NCBI GenBank assembly: GCA_964599715.1
Contig: CAZRGY010000002.1
Location: forward strand, 1-36,142
Length of the DNA stretch: 36,142 nucleotides
From: an uncultured Verrucomicrobiota bacterium
GTDB taxonomy: Bacteria > Verrucomicrobiota > Verrucomicrobiia > Limisphaerales > JAEYXS01
Direction of reading: 5' to 3'
Below the pieces are notes generated by a model. That model worked only from the letters and a program-made list of their open reading frames with translations. It ran no database searches and was not told the origin of the DNA. The position numbers and the translations under genes were made by a program. This document shows, piece after piece, positions 10,201-17,186 of the stretch (positions within the stretch are counted from its first letter, which is position 1; every line of letters starts with the position of its first letter).

Positions 10201-11163
10201 ATGAGCAAAGACCGGATCATAGTGACGGGTGGCGCTGGCTTCATCGGATCCCACCTGGTCACCAGATTGCTGGCGGAAGGCAAAGCCGTTACCGTGGTTG
10301 ACGATGTGTCCACCGGAAGTTGGAGCAATCTTGGCCATTTGCGAAATAATCCCAAACTGGAGACAATTGAGGCCAAAGTTTCCGATTGCGCTGACTTGGG
10401 CAAATTGATGAAGGATGCCGGTCAGGTTTTCCATCTGGCAGCCGCAGTAGGTGTAGACCTTGTCGTCCGATCTCCCATCCGCACGATGGAAACGAATATC
10501 CGCGAAACTGAAGCTATCCTTGAAGCAGCCAGCACAGAGCGCATTCCCGTACTGATCACCTCAACCTCGGAAGTTTACGGGAAAAGCAACAAGCCTGAAT
10601 TCAATGAAGCAGACGATTTGACCATCGGCCCACCTCACTTGGGTCGCTGGGCTTATGCCTGCTCCAAGCTCATGGACGAGTTCTTGGCTCTAGCCTACAC
10701 CAAAGAAAAAAACTCCCCCACCATTGTAACCAGACTTTTCAACACGGTCGGGCCGCGCCAGTCAGGCCAGTATGGAATGGTGGTCCCCCGCTTCATATCT
10801 TCAGCGAAATCCAACCGCCCTATCGAAGTCTATGGAACCGGCGAACAAACCCGCTGCTTTTGCTTCGTCGAGGACACGGTTGAAGCTTTGCTCCGCCTTA
10901 CCCGCACACCCGCGGCAATTGGTGAAGTGATCAACATCGGCAGCACCGAAGAGATTTCCATTATCGACCTCGCCCGCTGCATCATTCAAAAGCTGGACTC
11001 CCGCTCTGAGATCATCAAAAGGCAATACGACGAGGTCTATCCTTCCGGCTTTGAGGATATGCTACGCCGCAAACCCAGCGTGGAGAAACTCGCTCGTTTG
11101 ACCGGATTCCGCCCGCAAACGCCCCTCTCAAAAATCATTGAAGCCACAGCCCAAGCAGCCTGA
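10201..11163 (+). CDS. NAD-dependent nucleotide-sugar epimerase/dehydratase (extended SDR family)
   Basis: 320-aa ORF with the Rossmann motif VTGGAGFIGSHL, STSEVYG and the catalytic YACSK (YxxxK). Lies 37 nt downstream of the TPR/GT-C gene and is probably co-transcribed with it. Confidence 0.85.
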   Translation: MSKDRIIVTGGAGFIGSHLVTRLLAEGKAVTVVDDVSTGSWSNLGHLRNNPKLETIEAKVSDCADLGKLMKDAGQVFHLAAAVGVDLVVRSPIRTMETNIRETEAILEAASTERIPVLITSTSEVYGKSNKPEFNEADDLTIGPPHLGRWAYACSKLMDEFLALAYTKEKNSPTIVTRLFNTVGPRQSGQYGMVVPRFISSAKSNRPIEVYGTGEQTRCFCFVEDTVEALLRLTRTPAAIGEVINIGSTEEISIIDLARCIIQKLDSRSEIIKRQYDEVYPSGFEDMLRRKPSVEKLARLTGFRPQTPLSKIIEATAQAA

Positions 11164-11192
11164 TCGCACAGTCAGGCCGTAAAGTTTTTAGC

Positions 11193-11222
11193 AAAAAAAA
11201 GAGGCACTCTTTCGAGTGCCTC
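11193..11222 (-). terminator. Rho-independent terminator of the prepilin-like gene
   Basis: Perfect 9-bp stem GAGGCACTC/GAGTGCCTC (11201-11209 / 11214-11222) with a 4-nt loop. It is preceded on the plus strand by A8 (11193-11200), which is a U8 tract after the hairpin on the minus strand. Sits between convergent genes. Confidence 0.8.
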
Positions 11223-11252
11223 ATGTATATCTTCTAGGTCAAAAACTTCCGA

Positions 11253-12053
11253 CTAGGGCGCACCACTTGTATTGCTGTGCGGGAAGTTGATGCGGTTAGC
11301 ATTCGCGCCGTAGGACTGGCGCGAGAGACGCAAGGCCTCAACCAAACGGTCAGAGCTGGACTGCTGCACGCTGCCGTCAGCCAGAGCGTAGTTACCAGCG
11401 TTGTCGTGATGAGGAGCAACATTGTTGGTTGCGAGTTCAGACCACTGGGCTTCGTCAGTGCCAGCGGCATCCACGGTGGTATTGACTTTGTGGAAGTTGG
11501 TGCCGCTGGCGAACACCATGGAGTTGTCGAGACCCATGTTACGGTCACCGGTCAGCAGCATGTTCGGCTTGGTTTCGTCGGCTTCAACACCCACGAAGTA
11601 GCTGACAGCCCCATTGCCATTACCATTGGCAAAACCAGACGGAGGCGTACCACCAGTGTAGAGGCCCACCAAGTTATTAGCAGTATCAGTGTAACCAAAG
11701 ACGTTGGCGGCGTTCGGCTGACGGATCACATCACCGGGGCAGATGAGGATTTTGGTGGAGCCCAGCTCGTTGGAGAGCATGTAGAAATGGCGCCAAGAAG
11801 AGCGATCGCTCTGAGCAAACTTGTTGATATCCAGCTTGCCCGGGAATTGCTGTTCATTATCACCAGCGAACATCTTGAAGGACAGGGCGACCTGCTTCAG
11901 GTTGCTGGAGCACTTGATGCGTTGAGCCTTGGCTTTGGCCTTGGCCAGCGCTGGCAGAAGCATACCGGCGAGAATCGCGATAATCGCGATCACCACCAGA
12001 AGTTCAATCAGCGTGAACGCACGATTACGACGTGTATTGAATGGTTGGTTCAT
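11253..12053 (-). CDS. Prepilin-type N-terminal cleavage/methylation domain protein, H-X9-DG (DUF1559) family
   Basis: N-terminus ...[26 protein letters not shown]... is a type IV pilin-like leader plus hydrophobic helix. The C-terminal motif [12 protein letters not shown] matches H-X9-DG exactly. This family is expanded in Planctomycetes and Verrucomicrobia. Confidence 0.9.
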   Translation of the reverse strand: MNQPFNTRRNRAFTLIELLVVIAIIAILAGMLLPALAKAKAKAQRIKCSSNLKQVALSFKMFAGDNEQQFPGKLDINKFAQSDRSSWRHFYMLSNELGSTKILICPGDVIRQPNAANVFGYTDTANNLVGLYTGGTPPSGFANGNGNGAVSYFVGVEADETKPNMLLTGDRNMGLDNSMVFASGTNFHKVNTTVDAAGTDEAQWSELATNNVAPHHDNAGNYALADGSVQQSSSDRLVEALRLSRQSYGANANRINFPHSNTSGAP

Positions 12054-12095
12054 GGTTATTTACTGGGTTACGAGTGACACTATTCGTGAACATCA

Positions 12096-12282
12096 CAGCC
12101 AGTGTCAACATCATTTCATTAACTCTTAGCATCGTCCGTGCCACGGCCGAAAACCCATGTTTTCCAACCACTTGCAAATCTCACGCGCGGGAACTTCACA
12201 CATCTGGCGTGAAACTCCCCCTCAATCCGGTGAATTTCACACCTTTTAGAAGTTCACAATAAAAACGTAGCAATTTCACTTG
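12096..12282. promoter_or_regulatory. Cluster of TTCAC/GTGAA motifs, including two 11-bp near-palindromes GTGAAnWTCAC
   Basis: Read directly: GTGAA at 12096, 12209 and 12230; TTCAC at 12195, 12236, 12253 and 12275. The palindromes are GTGAACATCAC (12096-12106) and GTGAATTTCAC (12230-12240). Oriented copies give a consensus of about AAnTTCACAC. The cluster lies between the prepilin-like gene start (12053, minus) and tRNA-Leu (12367, plus). Confidence 0.4.
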
Positions 12283-12366
12283 CCCCTTGGCTTCTCCTTC
12301 TCATAATTACGCGCATGTCGTTTGACACCCGGGCTGACGTAAGCTTTGGCGGCAATGACACATTGT

Positions 12367-12451
12367 GCCCGCGTGGCGGAATTGGCAGACGCGCTAGATT
12401 CAGGTTCTAGTGAGTAACATCGTACAGGTTCAAGTCCTGTCGCGGGCACCA
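12367..12451 (+). tRNA. tRNA-Leu (anticodon CAG), long variable arm, CCA encoded
   Basis: Acceptor GCCCGCG/CGCGGGC. Anticodon stem CTAGA/TCTAG with loop TTCAGGT (anticodon CAG). Long variable arm of class II type. T arm ACAGG-TTCAAGT-CCTGT, then discriminator A and CCA. Confidence 0.9.
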
Positions 12452-12506
12452 TTAATTTTTCATGCGCCGTTAAACGGAAACAGCGCCGGTTAACCTTTTC
12501 TTTCTC

Positions 12507-14108
12507 ATGGGATTAAATATCCGCGAAGCCACCCCCGAAGATGCACCTCAATGGTTGGATTTACTGCGCAGTGCGCTCGGAGATGACTTTCCTGCTGCCG
12601 AAGCTTACGACCTAAATTGGATCAAGGGACAACTGGCGCAAGGTGGTGAAAATAAGACCTATGTGGCAGACTTAGATGGCAAACTGCAAGCTGCCATCTC
12701 CACGCTAGGGCCATCTGGCGCCACCGGCAATCCGGTGACCAATCTAGGCCGCAATCTCTTCCGCCCCGAGAGCCATAACGACGGCTCAGCGGAAGCCCTC
12801 CTGCGCTTCATCGAGGATCTCAGCGCCAAGGAAAAGCACCTCATTATCGTTCGTATCTTAGCTTCTGATAATAGCCAGCAGATACTGTTCGAGAAACAAG
12901 GTTTCGTCTGTGTGGGATACCAGCCGTTCAAACACCTACATCGCTCACGTGAAGGCGTGCTTTTTTACGTCCATTTCTTCGGTGACGTATTGGCCACCCG
13001 TTTGCCTCTGTCGGATTCCCTCCCTCAGATCAGCGAACTGGCCCAAGCGGTACTGGATCGCATTCAGTCATCCACCCCCATCACCGTCCGCGACGGTGTC
13101 ACCGGGTATCCGCTCAAGACCGAGTTGACTTTTCATGAGGCAACGTCTGACGACTTCGACCTCTGGCGCATGCAGGCCGAATCGTCCAATCCGGCTCCAG
13201 AAATATCAGGTTCTTACAATCGGGGGCTGGGCTATCTGCGGATGACCATCCCCTCACAACTTCGCACCTATCTCGGACAACGGGAAGAGCGGGTAGTGGC
13301 GGGTATTGCTTTCTATCTTGATGAGCAGGATCGCTGTGTTCGCATCACAGATTCCTTCTCCTCGGACGATCTCTCCATGGGCTCCATGCTGCATCATGTG
13401 GTGAAAGTAGCCCAAGACCAACTCAGTGCCGTTTACATCGAGGTGGACGTACTGATGTCGGCGCCGCGCCTGCTCAAAACTGCCGAGCAACTGGGTTTCG
13501 TGCCCATTGCCTATCTGCCGGCATTTTACTCAAAATCCGAGCGCTACAACGATGTCGTCAAACTTGTCAAACTGAACATGGGTTACGCGTTGGAGAACAC
13601 CTCGCTCACCACCCATGCACAAGGCATCGTCAAGATTGTCGATTACAATTTTCAGGATCAGAAGATTGGTGTCGCCATCATCAATCTCTTGCGTGGTCTG
13701 CCCATCTTTGAAGGATTAGGTGATGGCGAACTGCGCAAAATCGCACGCTTGTTCACCCAAAAACTTTATCGCCCGTCAGAACGCGTGTTCAGCAAGGGTG
13801 ATTCCGGCAAGGAAGCTTTCATCGTGATGCGTGGTCAGGTGGACATTGTCTTGGAAGAGAATTCTGCTCCGATCGCCTCGGTCACCAGTGGTCAAATTTT
13901 CGGCGAACTGGCCTTCTTGGATGGAGCCGCCCGCGGTGCCCATGCGGTGGCCAGCCAGGCGAGCATCTTGTTGCTGATCCAGCGAAGCGCCTTCAGCGAA
14001 CTGGTGCAACGCGAACCACATTTGGGCATGGTCGTCATGCGCAATGTGGCCATGGATCTCTCCAACAAGCTCCGCCGGGCCAACACCGCCCTCACCCCAC
14101 GCCGCTAG
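12507..14108 (+). CDS. Tandem GNAT-like acetyltransferase domains fused to a C-terminal cyclic-nucleotide-binding (CAP-effector) domain
   Basis: 533-aa ORF.
- The N-terminus MGLNIREATPEDAPQWLDLL... through ...FEKQGFVCVGYQP looks GNAT-like.
- A second similar unit ends ...AEQLGFVPIAYLP.
- The last ~140 aa are a clear cNMP-binding domain: LPIFEGLGDGELRKIA..., GDSGKEAFIVMRGQV..., and the phosphate-binding-cassette-like FGELAFLDGAARGAHAVA.
- No helix-turn-helix follows. Confidence 0.7.
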   Translation: MGLNIREATPEDAPQWLDLLRSALGDDFPAAEAYDLNWIKGQLAQGGENKTYVADLDGKLQAAISTLGPSGATGNPVTNLGRNLFRPESHNDGSAEALLRFIEDLSAKEKHLIIVRILASDNSQQILFEKQGFVCVGYQPFKHLHRSREGVLFYVHFFGDVLATRLPLSDSLPQISELAQAVLDRIQSSTPITVRDGVTGYPLKTELTFHEATSDDFDLWRMQAESSNPAPEISGSYNRGLGYLRMTIPSQLRTYLGQREERVVAGIAFYLDEQDRCVRITDSFSSDDLSMGSMLHHVVKVAQDQLSAVYIEVDVLMSAPRLLKTAEQLGFVPIAYLPAFYSKSERYNDVVKLVKLNMGYALENTSLTTHAQGIVKIVDYNFQDQKIGVAIINLLRGLPIFEGLGDGELRKIARLFTQKLYRPSERVFSKGDSGKEAFIVMRGQVDIVLEENSAPIASVTSGQIFGELAFLDGAARGAHAVASQASILLLIQRSAFSELVQREPHLGMVVMRNVAMDLSNKLRRANTALTPRR

Positions 14109-14118
14109 CTCACAAACC

Positions 14119-14652
14119 TCACCAGTCCACCGCTACCGAAAGCTTGGTGCCAAACTTGTTCTTGTAGAAGACCTGTTTGTTAGACGCGCCGTATTCGTGC
14201 ACCAACTTGGTGATCTTCACGTCATAGCAGCAGTATTCGGCTATCTCCATCAACTTGCCTTCCCGGAACCACTTGATCGCCTGCAACCCCTCCGCGGTCT
14301 TCTCTACGCCCAGCGAGGCATTGGCCACGGAGTCGAGAGACAAACGGTGCTGCAACGCTTTCTGCAGATCCACCAGCATATCCAAGGTGGGGATCTGCTT
14401 CAGGTCCATCACCGTGTAGCCATGGAGCACTTCATAATCGAAACGGAGATTATTGAAGCCCACCACCAGATCCGCCCGCATCAGCTCTTTGATCAGATCA
14501 TCCACCTCTTTCTCGGCGTAAATGCGGTAATCTCCCCGTGCGGTACTGTATGTCACCCCCACGCTCATCCGCATGTCCCGGATGTTGTTCCATCCGCCGA
14601 CATCTTCGGCCGATTTCTGGGTTTCCAAGTCAAAATAGACGATATTCTTCAT
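14119..14652 (-). CDS. Small stand-alone DEDDy-type 3'-5' exonuclease / RNase H-like fold protein
   Basis: Exo motifs FDLET (ExoI), GFNNLRFDYEVL (ExoII) and YCCYDVKIT (ExoIII, Y-x3-D). The ORF-track start at 14673 is a GTG; ATG 14652 (MKNIVYFDLETQ...) places ExoI at the usual N-terminal position. Confidence 0.7.
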   Translation of the reverse strand: MKNIVYFDLETQKSAEDVGGWNNIRDMRMSVGVTYSTARGDYRIYAEKEVDDLIKELMRADLVVGFNNLRFDYEVLHGYTVMDLKQIPTLDMLVDLQKALQHRLSLDSVANASLGVEKTAEGLQAIKWFREGKLMEIAEYCCYDVKITKLVHEYGASNKQVFYKNKFGTKLSVAVDW

Positions 14653-14803
14653 AGCCCGCTGCGAATCCCGCACAATCTAGCGACTGTACGGCTCACGAAA
14701 AGAAAAAGCCGGTATAAATACATCTTTGCATCGCGCCACCGTCCACGCATATCATGACCAACAACATGGCTGGATTTCCTTAAGGATTAACCGGCCCCTG
14801 AAA

Positions 14804-15658
14804 ATGCCAGTGCCTGATGTAAAGAAACCCTCCCCGGAGGAGCCAGAAAAGCTGAGAATTTATTTCCTGCCGAATCTCATGACGGCGGGCAACCTCTTCT
14901 GCGGCTTCCTCGCGATCACCCGCATCGTGGAGGCAGAGCTCGTCCCCCCCTACCCCAACATCCGGGAAGCGCTGTTCTTCATCCTGCTCGCCTGTATTTT
15001 TGATCTGTTGGATGGACGCGTAGCGCGCATGGGCGGCCATGAGAGCCCGTTCGGCCGCGAGTTCGATTCTTTGGCGGACATCGTTTCGTTCGGTGTGGCT
15101 CCGGCCTTTCTCGTACATCGCATAGTACTCAAGGATGTTTTTATCGACCACGCCCAAGTCGGCTGGTTCATCGCCGCGATGTATCTGATCTGCGGAGCAT
15201 TACGGCTGGCTCGCTTCAACTGCTTGGCCGCCATGCCCAATAAGCCTGCCTCAGACGACTTCTCAGGCTTTCCCATCCCTGCTGCTGCCGGGCTGGTGGC
15301 CTCGCTGACTCTGTTTCTGATGTGGTTGGATGAGAAGGCCTTTGCCGGCGGCAACTGGCGCTACATCATGCCTTTCATCCTGGTATTTCTCTCCCTGATG
15401 ATGGTGAGCGAGGTACGTTATCCGGCCTTTAAAAAGATCAACTGGCGAACTCAACGCCCGTTTCATCGGATGGTCGCCATCATCCTGATCATCGCGTTTG
15501 TGGTCATTCTACGGGATAAGATCCTGCCGGTGGTGTTGCCCTTGGTGTTCACCATGTATCTGCTTTACGGCTTCATCCGGCCGCGCATCTCCAAACAGAT
15601 GCGCAAGGATTTGGAGGACGAGGAGGAAGAGGACAATGGCACAGAGCGGCCATCATGA
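14804..15658 (+). CDS. pssA: CDP-diacylglycerol--serine O-phosphatidyltransferase (CDP-alcohol phosphatidyltransferase family)
   Basis: Exact CDP-alcohol motif DG-x2-AR-x8-G-x3-D-x3-D in DLLDGRVARMGGHESPFGREFDSLAD. PssA-like N-terminus LPNLMTAGNLFCGFLAI. The ORF-track start at 14726 is a TTG; ATG 14804 (MPVPDVKK...) is preferred. Confidence 0.88.
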   Translation: MPVPDVKKPSPEEPEKLRIYFLPNLMTAGNLFCGFLAITRIVEAELVPPYPNIREALFFILLACIFDLLDGRVARMGGHESPFGREFDSLADIVSFGVAPAFLVHRIVLKDVFIDHAQVGWFIAAMYLICGALRLARFNCLAAMPNKPASDDFSGFPIPAAAGLVASLTLFLMWLDEKAFAGGNWRYIMPFILVFLSLMMVSEVRYPAFKKINWRTQRPFHRMVAIILIIAFVVILRDKILPVVLPLVFTMYLLYGFIRPRISKQMRKDLEDEEEEDNGTERPS

Positions 15659-15688
15659 TGTCCTTAAGCCCAAGTTTACAATAACTGC

Positions 15689-16363
15689 ATGGACTGGTTG
15701 CGCATTCCCCCGATGCTGCTGGCTTTTATCACCGGCTTTGCCACCGGCTTTGTCAGCTCCATACCGGTAGGCCCGATCAATGTGACTATCGTGCATGAAG
15801 GTGCCCAGCGCGGTTTCCGCTGGGCTTTCTTCATCGGCTTGGGGGCAGTGGTCATGGAGAGTGTCTATGCCTTGGTGGGCTTCACCGGTTTTTCAGAACT
15901 CTTCCAGTCTCAGCCCATGCAGATCATCGTCAAACTGGTTAGCTTTGCCCTGGTCTTTTACCTTGGGATGCAATTCCTGCGAGCTCCTCAACTCACGACC
16001 AATCCCCGCTCGGCGGAACGGCTGGAAGAAAAACTGCATCATCCTACAGCATTCCTCACCGGCTTCATCCGCGTGCTGGCCAATCCAGCGATTCTCCTCT
16101 TTTGGATCACCATCTCAGCGTTGTTCACTTCACATGAACTGGTGGCCCCCACGTTAGGCAGCAAATTCTCTTGTGTCTTGGGCGTAGCCAGCGGCGCGCT
16201 TACCTGGTTCACCATGCTCAGTTACGGCGTTTCACTGGGGCACGGTAAGTTTTCCGATCGCACCCTGTTACGCCTCTCCCATGTCTCCGGCATCTTCCTG
16301 CTCGGCATGGCGGCGGTCATCGGTTACAAACTTGTGCTGCTGCTCTGGCGGGCGCATCAGTGA
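15689..16363 (+). CDS. LysE/RhtB-type amino-acid exporter family membrane protein
   Basis: 224-aa ORF with about 6 hydrophobic helices and an N-terminal ...GFATGFVSSIPVGPINVTIV... motif (LysE-family PGP-like helix). Lies 30 nt downstream of pssA. Confidence 0.7.
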   Translation: MDWLRIPPMLLAFITGFATGFVSSIPVGPINVTIVHEGAQRGFRWAFFIGLGAVVMESVYALVGFTGFSELFQSQPMQIIVKLVSFALVFYLGMQFLRAPQLTTNPRSAERLEEKLHHPTAFLTGFIRVLANPAILLFWITISALFTSHELVAPTLGSKFSCVLGVASGALTWFTMLSYGVSLGHGKFSDRTLLRLSHVSGIFLLGMAAVIGYKLVLLLWRAHQ

Positions 16364-17167
16364 GGCTCCTCCCACGAACTGGCGCAGATACTTTACCGCC
16401 ACCTTCAAATCCTTGGGCCATTCGGCTTCGACTGTGACTTCTTCTTTCGTAACCGGATGAGTAAAGGTTAACGACTCAGCGTGGAGAGCCACTCTCCCCA
16501 TCAAAGGCTTCTCTTGCCCTCCTTTCCCCTGACGATAGGCACGTTTGATCTGGGAGAGATACAGGGGCTGCCCGCCATAGGCGGCATCTGCCACGATAGG
16601 CAGACGCGCCCAACAAAGATGCACGCGGATCTGATGGGTTCTCCCTGTTTTCGGCAGGCAACGCATCAGTGTGTAACCACGATATAGTTCCCGCACCTCA
16701 AACTGAGTAAGGCTTTTCTTTCCCTGCTTCGGAGCCACGCGCATCAAGCCCAGTCGACGCTCATCCGGTGCAATCTTTTTATCCACCTGGAACTCACGCT
16801 CGTATGGCGTGCCATGAACCAGCGCCACATAAACCTTTCCGGTCTTCTCAGAACCGAACTGGTTGGCCAAATCCGTCAACACCGGCTTGCTCTTAGCCAG
16901 CAGGATCACTCCGCTAGTCTCAAAATCGAGCCGATGAGCATTGGAAAGATAAGTAAGATTACGCTTGGTAGCCCACGCCGCTTTATGCTCGATCCCCTGA
17001 TGCAAGAGCCTCATCAAGTTCGGACGATGGGGATCGTAGCGATCGGGAGAGGTCAGAAGCTGCGTCGGTTTGCCGACAGCCATGACGTGCTCATCCTCAA
17101 AGAGGACAGGTATTTCCCAAGCGAGGCGCAAGTCCGGCGCACTCAGACGAATGGCCGAGCTGTCCAT
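16268..17167 (-). CDS. RluA-family pseudouridine synthase (no S4 domain)
   Basis: 299-aa ORF with the catalytic motif HRLDFETSGVILLAKS and the conserved ...GRTHQIRVHL... The last ~32 codons overlap the 3' end of the convergent LysE-type gene. Confidence 0.88.
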   Translation of the reverse strand: MDSSAIRLSAPDLRLAWEIPVLFEDEHVMAVGKPTQLLTSPDRYDPHRPNLMRLLHQGIEHKAAWATKRNLTYLSNAHRLDFETSGVILLAKSKPVLTDLANQFGSEKTGKVYVALVHGTPYEREFQVDKKIAPDERRLGLMRVAPKQGKKSLTQFEVRELYRGYTLMRCLPKTGRTHQIRVHLCWARLPIVADAAYGGQPLYLSQIKRAYRQGKGGQEKPLMGRVALHAESLTFTHPVTKEEVTVEAEWPKDLKVAVKYLRQFVGGASLMRPPEQQHKFVTDDRRHAEQEDAGDMGEA

Positions 17168-17186
17168 AATTTTCGCAAGATGGATG

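Noticed and set aside
12322-12327. A perfect TTGACA hexamer as the tRNA-Leu -35 element.
   Set aside because: No acceptable -10 hexamer lies 16-18 nt downstream (TTTGGC/TTGGCG). An alternative, TTGCCC (12280-12285)-N16-CATAAT (12302-12307), is possible but too weak to report as a feature without transcription start site data.
12367-12451. tRNA-Leu as the integration site of a genomic island or prophage.
   Set aside because: There is no integrase or recombinase, I noticed no direct repeat of the tRNA 3' end downstream, and the flanking genes are ordinary housekeeping genes.
14777-14786. A 10-bp palindrome TCCTTAAGGA in the exonuclease/pssA divergent spacer.
   Set aside because: It is a single short AT-rich palindrome with no second copy in the window and sits inside the probable pssA leader. 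I judged this chance-level.
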